The translations under genes were made by a program, and so were the position numbers. A stretch of 32,000 nt of DNA, taken from contig MGBH01000001.1 in the NCBI GenBank assembly GCA_001790095.1, forward strand, positions 1,140,001 to 1,172,000, read 5' to 3'. The notes beneath the pieces are model-generated. The model was not told the origin of the DNA, made no database searches, and saw nothing but the letters and a program-made list of their open reading frames with translations. This document shows, piece by piece, positions 9,426-18,078 of the stretch (the first letter of the stretch is position 1; each line of letters opens with the position of its first letter). The DNA comes from Candidatus Saccharimonadota bacterium (GTDB lineage Bacteria > Patescibacteriota > Microgenomatia > UBA1406 > GWC2-37-13).

Positions 9426-9644
9426 CTATTTTGTAAATGTATCAAATACCTTGCTTAGTGCTTCTGATTTGATAAGATTAATACCATCTTTATCTTTTCG
9501 GACGACCACTAATAACCTATCGCCAACATTGATATTCAATCTCTTTCTTATATCTACGGGAATAGCAACTTGTCCTTTGTGAGAAACGGTTACCCAACTG
9601 GAGAATTGGTTCCCTTTATTGGAGCTATCAGATTTGCTTGTCAT
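9426..9644 (-). CDS. AbrB/MazE/SpoVT-family DNA-binding protein
   Basis: 72 aa. The swapped-hairpin signature GQVAIPVDIRKRLNINVGDRLLV is present. Confidence 0.7.
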   Translation of the reverse strand: MTSKSDSSNKGNQFSSWVTVSHKGQVAIPVDIRKRLNINVGDRLLVVVRKDKDGINLIKSEALSKVFDTFTK

Positions 9645-9764
9645 AAGGCTATGATATGAAGAAGTATATCACAAGTCAAGTAGTGAAAACAAGAATTTTC
9701 TTACTAACCAAAAAGATTATGGCAATATTGAATTCCTACATAGTTCACTTAGCCTACTTTCTTG

Positions 9765-9790
9765 GTTGAGTGAGCCGGTCTTGGACCTTC
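9765..9790 (+). repeat. intergenic motif copy d (GTTGAGTGAGCCGGTCTTGGACC)
   Basis: Member of the GTTGAG...GGTC-N-GAC(C) motif family. Degenerate relative to copies a-c. Confidence 0.4.
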
Positions 9791-9924
9791 ATCGTTCCTA
9801 TAACATTGTACCAACTCAAGGCTGGAAGGGACATTTAAGACAAATAAACATTGGTAGTAATTCTAATTACTGGGGGCATATTTTCTTACATTTTGCCTAT
9901 ATATTAATTGAAAATAGTATATAA

Positions 9925-12900
9925 TTGGCTTGTACGAAAAAAACATCAATTATTACTAGCTTTCTTATTCTTCTTGTCACGCTCTCCTTTTTTTCCTCAA
10001 AATCAGTTCAAGCTGCCCAAACTCCTGATGTTTGTTACTCTCAGTGTCTTGCCTACAAATTTGTTTGGCAGGGTACACATTGTTTTGATGAGTTTGAATA
10101 TCATTGCACAGAAGATAGTGGTAGCACATTTAAAAAAACAATTGCGTTTCTTAAAGATGTTTTTAATACTTTAAAAAGCGGTGACGGTATTGACACCGTC
10201 TTTACTGCTTGGTTTGTCTGCAAGCCATTAATTGAAAACTGTATTGTTCCCCATCAACAGAATTGTCGGCAAACCTGCAATCTTGATCAGTATGTCTATG
10301 CGCCTGACCTGTCAGTCGGCCACCCGGACAGCAGTTTTCATGGTGTATATTTCGATGAAAGATTCAATCGACTTTATTTTAAGCTCGTCAATAACGGTAT
10401 GGGTTATGCATGGGATATTGATGTTGATGCAAGCTCAGGTCATACGCCTAACCGTGATGGAAAAATCCAAGGAGGAACCCAGCTTTTCAAGGAAAAGGTC
10501 GAGCATTTAATTTATTTGGGAGCCAGAAACGGTCCACCCAAGTCTTTTTCCGACACGGTGGGCGACTTTCTGATTGAGGAATCATTAAACGGTCAATATC
10601 TCCATGATTTTAAGAGCTGGTTGGTTGACAAAGCCGATCTGCATTCCGATTCGAAAAACTACAACGTCCCCAACTATTGGATAAAAGCTGTTCCTTTCAA
10701 TCCTGTCCCGGGCGAACTTAACCGGGTTATTTTCAACGTTGACGGTAGCAAACTCATTCCTGAATATAGTGAAAGTAATAATACATTTATTTTTGACCTT
10801 GATCTACGACCAACCCCGGCGCGATATACTATCGCAACATTTACCCAACAAATTATTGATCAAACTTTAAACTCCTTTTTGATAAATTTCCAGGTAAAAA
10901 ATACCGGTGAGGAAAGCGGCCTGGCACAAGCAAAAATATATGAAGGGAAATTTCAGGAGGGAAAAACACCTATTTACCAATCGGAAGAAAATATTATGGG
11001 TAAGAGTGATAAAAATTTCGAAGCGACCATTGATGTTAATTTGTCCGGAGAGTCCAGTCCCTATTGTGGCAAACACAAGGAATATACGATCGTCGTTACC
11101 GATGAAGAGGGAAATAAGACAGAAAGAAGTTTTTCCCTGCCGATCTATATCGGGTCGGTTAATGGAAACGTTGAGGATCTTTTTGGAAAACCGGTCGTCG
11201 GGGCGACTGTCAAGGCTTCAACCGGACAGGAAACAACTACTAATAAATACGGTTCCTACTCTTTAAAGGGAATTGCGTCATTGGGAAAGATTGTTATTAC
11301 CGCCACCCACTCCGAATTTTCCAGACCAGGAACACAAGAAGTGGAGCTTAAATACGTAAACGAATTTGATGCCTGCGATGTAGGTAATTTAAATTTTTAT
11401 AATATCGATCTTGTCCTCAAGGACCAGGACGTCCTTTTTACAGTAACTGTTAAAGATCAATCAGGAAATCCAATAATAGCTAACATATTAGCAGTAAATT
11501 CGGATTGGCGCTTTTATGAAACGATTAATGGAACCGGTCCATTACCCGGTATGCAGCCGGGGAAATATTTATTTACTATTTCTGCCTCTGGTTATAAAAC
11601 AATCCGGCAGGATATCAATGCCGTACCGCAAAATGTTAACTTGGAATTTATCCTGGAAAAATTGAATGGTCGCCCTGATGACACCGGCCTTCATTTAATT
11701 ACGCCACGTCTTTTATGGCAAAAAACTTTTGGCTTAGGAAGTGGTAAGGAAATTGGTAATATGACCGGAACAAAAAACGGCCAGCTTTTAGTAATAAGTG
11801 TTGCTGATAATCACAATAAAACCAGAAAATTGTTTTTTCTTGACCTTTTGACAGGGAATCAAACCAGGGAAGTATCGGTTCCCTGGTCGGTTGAGGAACA
11901 ACGTTACATCGGACTTGACGCTTCTTACGACGGTGGGACAGTCGGATTTTTTATCAATACCGGTTCGGGTAAAACCAGAGAGTCGATTTTGAAATTATTT
12001 GATGCTACCGGTAATGAAATCGGCTCAACCACATTTGATAGAGACTTATCAGCATCAATGGACGTTTCACCTGATGGTTTCTATGTCTGTTCCTATCTGT
12101 TATTAGATAAAGGCCTCCATAAATACACCGGATATGAGATTGAAGGCAAAGGTGATGATGATTTTAAAAGAAATCCAGCAACCTGTCCTGACTATTTTTT
12201 AAGAAACAATCATCGAGTAACAAACTGTAAAGACGGCTTGTGTGAAGAAACTATTTCTCACAATCAAGTGAGAGTTATCGGTGATATTACCAATATTACA
12301 ACGGTGACAAAATATGACTCGACCTTTGATGACAGTACAGTCGTCGCCCGTACCCATAAAACACTTTATTATTTCGGCCAGTCGAATTGGAGCAAGGAAT
12401 TAAGAAGTGATAATTCCTATAAGAGCATTGCTGTCAGTCCGGGTGGAATGTATACAATTGTCACGGAAGGTAGTGGTGGCTCATTAAAACTCAAAGTTTT
12501 CGACAGAACTGGCGGTGATAAAACGCCGGATTTCCCCTATAAACACGTCAGGTTCGTTTTCGCCAACGACAAGGGTTTGTTTTTTACCCAATTGGTTTCA
12601 AATCGAATCGAACTTTATAAAATCGGTGAATATGACAACGAATATCGACCGCCCGATCTAACTCCAACTGTTATTCCTCAATGGTTTGACGGGCTTTCAT
12701 ATTACTCACAAGGGCAATTTTTCCCATCGCGCGATAATACTTTTGCCAGCCTTGATCCCGGAGTGATGTATCGGGCGGACAAAAATATCCAAATGTCCAT
12801 AATTAAACCATTTTCCAGCGTTAATCTTGGTACTTTATCAATAACCAAAGACACAATATTTTCTGTTAATTACAACTATAATCCAATTCTTATTAAAGGT

Positions 12901-13440
12901 CAGATGACGGCTAACTTCGGTTCCCCGGTAACTATCTATGCGATCAAGTTTGACCGTTATTGGACAGGTAATTTTAAGGTTAAACTCGAGGATTTTATGC
13001 ATCATATGTTGCCGGAGGACGAGTATTTCATCATTCAAAATATCCATACGAGATTTACCATAAAAAACGAGGCCAATAGCATCAATGTTGCAGTTGATTC
13101 GGGAGATGTTGCAGTAAAAGGTAAGAATATTGAAGAAAAGGTATCAGGCAATAATCAAATTACGATAGACGGGAAAAACAATATTAAAAAATCACTGTTT
13201 ATAAGTATAGTAGTCTACCGGGTTGTCGGATTGATTTGGCTTTTGTCAGCCGGCATTTTGCTTTTCATAAAGAGAAAGACTCTTCTCGGAAAAAGAATCC
13301 TGCAAGTTATGAAAGTAATTCTCATCTGGACCTGGATTCTTGTTAAAAAAATATCCGTATTGATTTGGAAAGGGCTCAAAATTCTTAGTCAGTTGATTAT
13401 TGGGTTAATTAAAAAAACCAGCAAAAACAAGAAAAAATAA
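9925..13440 (+). CDS. giant secreted / C-terminally anchored surface protein (CARDB-like, carboxypeptidase-regulatory-like and beta-propeller-like regions)
   Basis: 1171 aa. TTG start followed by a textbook signal peptide (KKTSIITSFLILLVTLSFFSSKSVQA/AQ) and a Cys-rich N-terminus. Also PEYSESNNTFIFDL (CARDB-like), GKPVVGATVKAS...YGSYSLKGI (CarboxypepD_reg-like), repetitive beta-rich segments and C-terminal TM helices. Domain names are tentative. Confidence 0.7.
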   Translation: MACTKKTSIITSFLILLVTLSFFSSKSVQAAQTPDVCYSQCLAYKFVWQGTHCFDEFEYHCTEDSGSTFKKTIAFLKDVFNTLKSGDGIDTVFTAWFVCKPLIENCIVPHQQNCRQTCNLDQYVYAPDLSVGHPDSSFHGVYFDERFNRLYFKLVNNGMGYAWDIDVDASSGHTPNRDGKIQGGTQLFKEKVEHLIYLGARNGPPKSFSDTVGDFLIEESLNGQYLHDFKSWLVDKADLHSDSKNYNVPNYWIKAVPFNPVPGELNRVIFNVDGSKLIPEYSESNNTFIFDLDLRPTPARYTIATFTQQIIDQTLNSFLINFQVKNTGEESGLAQAKIYEGKFQEGKTPIYQSEENIMGKSDKNFEATIDVNLSGESSPYCGKHKEYTIVVTDEEGNKTERSFSLPIYIGSVNGNVEDLFGKPVVGATVKASTGQETTTNKYGSYSLKGIASLGKIVITATHSEFSRPGTQEVELKYVNEFDACDVGNLNFYNIDLVLKDQDVLFTVTVKDQSGNPIIANILAVNSDWRFYETINGTGPLPGMQPGKYLFTISASGYKTIRQDINAVPQNVNLEFILEKLNGRPDDTGLHLITPRLLWQKTFGLGSGKEIGNMTGTKNGQLLVISVADNHNKTRKLFFLDLLTGNQTREVSVPWSVEEQRYIGLDASYDGGTVGFFINTGSGKTRESILKLFDATGNEIGSTTFDRDLSASMDVSPDGFYVCSYLLLDKGLHKYTGYEIEGKGDDDFKRNPATCPDYFLRNNHRVTNCKDGLCEETISHNQVRVIGDITNITTVTKYDSTFDDSTVVARTHKTLYYFGQSNWSKELRSDNSYKSIAVSPGGMYTIVTEGSGGSLKLKVFDRTGGDKTPDFPYKHVRFVFANDKGLFFTQLVSNRIELYKIGEYDNEYRPPDLTPTVIPQWFDGLSYYSQGQFFPSRDNTFASLDPGVMYRADKNIQMSIIKPFSSVNLGTLSITKDTIFSVNYNYNPILIKGQMTANFGSPVTIYAIKFDRYWTGNFKVKLEDFMHHMLPEDEYFIIQNIHTRFTIKNEANSINVAVDSGDVAVKGKNIEEKVSGNNQITIDGKNNIKKSLFISIVVYRVVGLIWLLSAGILLFIKRKTLLGKRILQVMKVILIWTWILVKKISVLIWKGLKILSQLIIGLIKKTSKNKKK

Positions 13441-13443
13441 GTT

Positions 13444-13935
13444 ATGAAAAAAATATTATTCACCATCGCTGCGATTATTTTTATAGTTTTTTTACTCCGC
13501 TTTGCTATTGGTGGAGATGAGGATACTTGGATCTGCGAAAAGACACCTACTTCCGTTGGAGGGTCCGGAGCGGCAAGGTGGATAAAACACGGCAATCCTT
13601 CTTACCCAAGTCCTGTTATACCCTGCAGCGGGACAAAGCCGCTTGGCAAAACAAAAGAAGATTGCCTTGCTCAGGGAGGAGTTTGGGAAAAACAAGGCCC
13701 GGAACCTTATGAGACTTGTGACAGGAAAACGATTGACCGCGGTAATCCTTGCCGTGATAATAACGAATGTGAGGGGTGGTGCCAGGTTGATTTAACAAGA
13801 GATGAGTTGAATCAGGGAATGCGCGGAGAACTGAAAACTGGCAAAAAGATAGGCCAGTGTTCTATTTGGGTGGTTGAATTGGGGTGTTTTGGAATGATGG
13901 AAAAAGGAAAAGTAAAAGTTATCTGTATTGATTAA
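13444..13935 (+). CDS. Cys-rich small secreted/anchored protein, paralog A
   Basis: 163 aa with an N-terminal TM/signal and 10 Cys. Starts 4 nt after the giant ORF stop. Aligns with the 16223-16630 product (C-x3-GG-x-W...GP-x-P...C...GxC...GC...IC[IL]D at the C-terminus). Confidence 0.6.
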   Translation: MKKILFTIAAIIFIVFLLRFAIGGDEDTWICEKTPTSVGGSGAARWIKHGNPSYPSPVIPCSGTKPLGKTKEDCLAQGGVWEKQGPEPYETCDRKTIDRGNPCRDNNECEGWCQVDLTRDELNQGMRGELKTGKKIGQCSIWVVELGCFGMMEKGKVKVICID

Positions 13936-14037
13936 TTATAAATTACATAAAAATCGGAGATAAACTGAAAAAAGAAAAAAAGAGTCTTTCGCCGAAAAAA
14001 ATACCTGATTACAAATTTACTCATTTACTCAATAAAT

Positions 14038-14997
14038 ATGAGAAAAGGAATTGCATCTGTCTTAGTTTTATTAATTGTTTTAGTTATCGGAGGAGCTGGT
14101 GTATTGACAACTTTAATTTTTTTCAATAAAGGGAGTTCAGATGAGATAGAGACAACTACGAAACAATCCAGTCAGGTTTCAACGGGTATATTTAAGGACC
14201 AAACCGATCTTTGCCATTCGTTACCAATGGAAACCGTCGCTTTATTTTTAGGTAAAACTATAGTTAGGACAGAGTCTATTACCGACATTACTCTTCAGAG
14301 TTGTCAATACTATTTGGATGAGACCCATGCTCTCGTTATCAATCATGACTTGACTAACGTCGCAAGCAAACTCAAAGGTCACGAGACTTTAGACAGAACA
14401 ATTACTACTAACAAAGAAATCGATATGGAACATGCTATTATTATCCAGGAAAATGGGCTCATTAATGAGATCTACCTTATTTTTAATGATAGCGAGTTCG
14501 TTTCTATTAACAGGCCAAATGGTAAGCTTATTTCCGAAGAAGAGATTGTTGATTTTTCCGCGAGACTAGTAGACTTTTTAAAAAACGGCAAAACGCAAAC
14601 CAATAAAACACCAGAAACAAAAAAAACTGTTTCCTTACCGCAGGAAGAAGCTATCGTCCAGAATTTTTTTGGTCTTATTAACGAAAGAAAAATTCCCGAA
14701 GCGGTTTCTTTAATGTCAAAAAATATGGTCGGCAATGATTCAATCAAGCAGGCCTGGGGTGTTCAGTTCAACGACATAAAATCAATAAACGTCCAAAAAA
14801 TTGAACAGTCGATACCTAATAGTTGGAGCGAAAATAGCCATATTTATAAAGTTACTCTTGAAGTTTATGTATCGTCAAGTGCTGCCAACGCGCCAATTCC
14901 TTACTATGGTTGGGGGGATAATCCGAATATTCGATGGATAGAAATTGTTAAAGAAGATGGTATTTGGAAAATAAACAATTTGGCGACAGGGCCATAA
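14038..14997 (+). CDS. hypothetical membrane-anchored protein (C-terminal NTF2-like fold suspected)
   Basis: 319 aa with an N-terminal TM. The C-terminal approximately 120 aa (FFGLINERKIPEAVSLMS...IWKINNL) resembles SnoaL/NTF2-like modules. Weak. Confidence 0.45.
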   Translation: MRKGIASVLVLLIVLVIGGAGVLTTLIFFNKGSSDEIETTTKQSSQVSTGIFKDQTDLCHSLPMETVALFLGKTIVRTESITDITLQSCQYYLDETHALVINHDLTNVASKLKGHETLDRTITTNKEIDMEHAIIIQENGLINEIYLIFNDSEFVSINRPNGKLISEEEIVDFSARLVDFLKNGKTQTNKTPETKKTVSLPQEEAIVQNFFGLINERKIPEAVSLMSKNMVGNDSIKQAWGVQFNDIKSINVQKIEQSIPNSWSENSHIYKVTLEVYVSSSAANAPIPYYGWGDNPNIRWIEIVKEDGIWKINNLATGP

Positions 14998-15110
14998 AAT
15001 ATATTTTTTCAGAAGAATTATATTTAAAAATAGTCTACCATGTTGTGAAATGATTATATCAAAGCAGTTTTCATATAGTCCATTTAGAATAGCCATTTAG
15101 TACGGAGTTG

Positions 15111-15136
15111 GTTGAGCATACAGGTCAAGATCGAGG
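15111..15136 (+). repeat. intergenic motif copy a (GTTGAGCATACAGGTCAAGATCGAGG)
   Basis: Shares GTTGAGCAT-N3-GGTC-N2-GA with copies b and c. Confidence 0.5.
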
Positions 15137-15144
15137 ATATTTTG

Positions 15145-15504
15145 TCATTCTACAATTGCTCTTTTATGAAAACATATATTGTATAAAAAGATACTGCCAT
15201 TTTTCATGATCATGAGAATTCCGAATAAGAGAATCAATAGGAAAAAAAATGATATGGAAAATATAATTAGGCCAAAAATGGTTGAAGACAAAAGCACCGA
15301 TGGCATAAGATCGACAAAAAACTTATATGCTAATACCGGACTTACTAAAAAAACAATCAAAGGATTATGAAAAACGGAAATGACATTCAATCTATCATCA
15401 TTGTTTTTCACAACTTTGTGTTCTTTTGATTCTTCTCTATTTCCTCTTTTTTCTGCAATCGGTACATACGTTAAATGGCTTTGTTTAGTAGACATATCTG
15501 GCAA
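15145..15504 (-). CDS. hypothetical membrane protein
   Basis: 119 aa with a charged N-terminus and then two or three TM helices. No family recognised. Confidence 0.35.
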   Translation of the reverse strand: MPDMSTKQSHLTYVPIAEKRGNREESKEHKVVKNNDDRLNVISVFHNPLIVFLVSPVLAYKFFVDLMPSVLLSSTIFGLIIFSISFFFLLILLFGILMIMKNGSIFLYNICFHKRAIVE

Positions 15505-15659
15505 AAGTATAATCTCAGTGGTATTAAGATTCAGTAATATAGGCCCTTCTTATCAAGCAATCCAAATTACAATAAAAACACAAGGGTAATTACATACCAA
15601 CATAGAGAATCTTCTTATAATTAAGTCTAGAAACATAAAACAAAGGAGGTGAAAAATAT

Positions 15660-15908
15660 ATGAATGACAATAATGATAATTTTAATGATTTAAACGATAC
15701 GGAATCGTTGGCACTCAAAAAAAAACTTAAAGGTCGGCAACAACAAATGACAGCACAAGAAATGAAGCAAAGTGGAAATATTCTAAATATCATGGGCGGT
15801 AAGGTTGAGGAGATAAAAGGAAAGCTTAATGAAAGGTCAGCCGACGCTGCTTTGAAAAAGATTTCCGAAGAGAAATTAAACACCTCACAGGAAACAAGTA
15901 CAGTATAG
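15660..15908 (+). CDS. small hydrophilic hypothetical protein
   Basis: 82 aa. A strong SD, AAAGGAGGTGA, lies 7-8 nt upstream. Preferred over the antisense 15590-15925 ORF. Confidence 0.5.
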   Translation: MNDNNDNFNDLNDTESLALKKKLKGRQQQMTAQEMKQSGNILNIMGGKVEEIKGKLNERSADAALKKISEEKLNTSQETSTV

Positions 15909-15937
15909 TCGCTCAGCAGGTGCAAATAAATTCAGAT

Positions 15938-16195
15938 ATGACAACCAAAAATCTCATTATGGACAAAGATGCAAAACGTATCGGTGAGCAGTTAGGCATT
16001 AAATGGAATAAATTTGATGTTCATCAATTTAAAATGGGCATGAAGGTGGAATTGGAACACGGGACTGTTAATCCTTTGACAAATGTCAGCAATGACGACT
16101 TGTTAATTACAGGTAAAATTGCACTCGCTCATCTCAATGAATTTTCAGATTACTATATTCGTTTACTGAAAATGGAAAAAGAAGCTAAAAATTAG
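15938..16195 (+). CDS. DUF5661-like small protein
   Basis: FKMGMKVELEHG...TNVSNDDLLITGKIALAHLNEFSDYY resembles the ELEHG/IALAHL pattern of that family. The track ORF starts at GTG 15920; the in-frame ATG at 15938 is preferred. Confidence 0.45.
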   Translation: MTTKNLIMDKDAKRIGEQLGIKWNKFDVHQFKMGMKVELEHGTVNPLTNVSNDDLLITGKIALAHLNEFSDYYIRLLKMEKEAKN

Positions 16196-16222
16196 CTGAA
16201 CATGTCTGTCGAGATACTTGAT

Positions 16223-16630
16223 TTAATCAAGACATATTGTATTACTAGTAAAACCGAAATGAACCTTCTGTATACATCCGAAAAATAGAGTATATGCTGG
16301 GCATTTACCTACGGCAAACAGTGCTTCCTTACGAAGTGAGCCTTCTGCCAAACACGATCCTGCTTTACATTGAAACCCGGCAATACATATTTTTCCGCTA
16401 TCATCCATTTTCTTTCGACAAATTTCCTTTGGCCAAGGTCCTGGTCGTCGCCAATCGCCGCCATTTTTAACACATTCTTCTTTTGTTTGAAATTCTCGAA
16501 AATTAGTGACTTCAGTTTTATGCATAATAGAAGTTAATACAAAATCTATAGTAGGGAATAACATAAATCGAAAGATATTAAAAAAAATAAAAGCAATAAT
16601 TATAAAAAGTATGATTTTCCAGATAGACAT
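16223..16630 (-). CDS. Cys-rich small secreted/anchored protein, paralog B
   Basis: 135 aa with an N-terminal TM and 8 Cys. Collinear with paralog A: KEECVKNGGDWRRPGPWPKEIC vs KEDCLAQGGVWEKQGPEPYETC, with both ending IC[LI]D. Confidence 0.6.
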   Translation of the reverse strand: MSIWKIILFIIIAFIFFNIFRFMLFPTIDFVLTSIMHKTEVTNFREFQTKEECVKNGGDWRRPGPWPKEICRKKMDDSGKICIAGFQCKAGSCLAEGSLRKEALFAVGKCPAYTLFFGCIQKVHFGFTSNTICLD

Positions 16631-16694
16631 AATACAATCTTATTATAACTTTTTATTTTACACACTTCTCATCTCGAGAACCAAATCTAATTGT

Positions 16695-16715
16695 GTTGAG
16701 CATGTTGGTCATGAC
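16695..16715 (+). repeat. intergenic motif copy b (GTTGAGCATGTTGGTCATGAC)
   Basis: Shares GTTGAGCAT-N3-GGTC-N2-GAC with copies a and c. Confidence 0.5.
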
Positions 16716-16758
16716 TCAGAGCGCCCCAAAGGATTTCTGTATATGTTAGACTTACATC

Positions 16759-17364
16759 ATGGATATAAAAAAAATAAGTCTTTTTTTGATATCTGTATCC
16801 CTGTTTTTTATAGTATTGCTAACGGGGTGGTTTTTAGTATTTAAAAATCCCACCGATACAAATATTAATACCAGTCGTACTGCGGTTATTAAAGAAATCA
16901 GAAATTTACAAAGAATTGAAACGGCCTCTTTTACTATTGAAAAAATAATAGACGGAGGGACCAGTGGAAATGTTTTTCAGCAACTTCTTTTTGGAGACAA
17001 AATATTACTTATTGCCCACGGGCAAGTAATAGCAGGATTTGATCTATCCCAAATTTCAGAAAAAGATATAGTGGTAAAAGACAAAAATATCAGGATAACT
17101 TTACCTAAGCCACAAGTGTTAATCACCACCTTGGATAATACTCAAACGAGAGTATATGACAGAACGAGGGGAATCTTAAATCCGGGAGATAATAATTTAG
17201 AGTCCAAAGTCCGGGAAGCGGCACAAAATTCAATAAAAGAAGCCGCCTGCAAGGGGGATATTTTAAAACAAGCATCCGACAACGCCAGAAAACAACTAAC
17301 TGCATTTTTGTCTACTTTGGGATTTACTCAAATCTCAATAGACATACCTGAATCTTCCTGTTAA
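16759..17364 (+). CDS. DUF4230-like membrane-anchored protein
   Basis: 201 aa with an N-terminal TM. The segments ETASFTIEKII, LLIAHGQVIAGFDLSQI and IRITLPKPQVL follow the DUF4230 pattern. Confidence 0.6.
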   Translation: MDIKKISLFLISVSLFFIVLLTGWFLVFKNPTDTNINTSRTAVIKEIRNLQRIETASFTIEKIIDGGTSGNVFQQLLFGDKILLIAHGQVIAGFDLSQISEKDIVVKDKNIRITLPKPQVLITTLDNTQTRVYDRTRGILNPGDNNLESKVREAAQNSIKEAACKGDILKQASDNARKQLTAFLSTLGFTQISIDIPESSC

Positions 17365-17421
17365 GAAGGATTGTTTTAATATTTTAAAACGGTCTTGAAC
17401 TCAATTATCCCATAACTAGTA

Positions 17422-17823
17422 TTACGTCTCAAACCATAAAGGATTCTTGTCTTTTGGGTTTCCATAATTGTAATTAAATGTTATTTCCTCATCTTTCTTT
17501 ATATCTTTTAAGGCAGAAAATTTGATTGTTTTTTTCCTTAGTTTTATCTTGTAGGTTGCGTTTGGTTCATAAGAGTGGTTATATATTGACCCAAAACCTA
17601 ATGTGATTGCCAAACGTTCTTTGTTTTTGCCAAAATAAAAAAAGTAGGTAACAAGGATACTCTCATTTAAATTGGACATGTCGTGTCTTGAAACTAAAAT
17701 AACTGGACATATTTCAATAATTTTTCCCTTTTTAATATCGCACTTAGCGAAGACCCCTCTGTCAGCATTAAGAATTCTCGATTGGCCAATATATACTTTG
17801 TCTGAAGTGAATAGTTTCTTCAT
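17422..17823 (-). CDS. SET-domain protein (putative lysine methyltransferase)
   Basis: 133 aa with RGVFA...KGKII, NHSYEPN (NHSxxPN signature) and EEITFNY (ELxFDY-like post-SET Tyr). Confidence 0.8.
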   Translation of the reverse strand: MKKLFTSDKVYIGQSRILNADRGVFAKCDIKKGKIIEICPVILVSRHDMSNLNESILVTYFFYFGKNKERLAITLGFGSIYNHSYEPNATYKIKLRKKTIKFSALKDIKKDEEITFNYNYGNPKDKNPLWFET

Positions 17824-17829
17824 GTCGTG

Positions 17830-17838
17830 ATTATAACA
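17830..17838 (-). promoter_or_regulatory. extended -10 element (TGT-TATAAT) 6 nt upstream of the SET ATG
   Basis: The minus strand reads TGTTATAAT-CACGAC-ATG. This spacing would put the transcription start at or next to the start codon, giving a leaderless mRNA. Confidence 0.3.
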
Positions 17839-17856
17839 AAGATATCGAATCAGAAT

Positions 17857-17910
17857 GTTGAGAGTCCCGCGGCATACGTCTTAATTGCTGTGTGTGTCGG
17901 TTCAGACCCT
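17857..17910 (+). repeat. intergenic motif copy e (GTTGAGAGTCCCGCGG...GGTTCAGACC), degenerate
   Basis: GTTGAG is followed about 35 nt later by a GGT-N4-GACC palindrome. This is the weakest family member. Confidence 0.3.
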
Positions 17911-18078
17911 CTCAGTAATGCAATCTCAATCTCATTTTACTACTTTTCCAGGTTTATATCCTGAGTTTATTGGAAGGAAACCAAGGTGTTTACGCTGAGT
18001 GAGTGAAATGATTTGAAGTAAGACAGTGCTGAGGTTAATGGATCAAGTTAGAAACTAATTTATTAATATGTAAACAAT

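Noticed and set aside
864-13798. Numerous 60-120-aa ORFs nested inside or antisense to larger genes. Examples are 864-1082, 1087-1278, 2024-2239, 2935-3174, 4865-5143, 5708-5980, 5733-5960, 6502-6771, 8519-8773, 8698-8901, 9143-9358, 10232-10510, 10907-11266 and 13492-13798.
   Set aside because: Each overlaps a longer ORF that has clear family motifs or a coherent membrane or secretory architecture. None has an SD or recognisable motifs. They are treated as shadow ORFs.
15590-15925. A 111-aa minus-strand ORF antisense to 15660-15908.
   Set aside because: The plus-strand ORF has a textbook SD (AAAGGAGGTGA) at the right spacing. The minus-strand product is low-complexity (Ser/Phe/Leu/Cys-rich), which is typical of an antisense reading of an AT-rich, Lys/Glu-rich gene.
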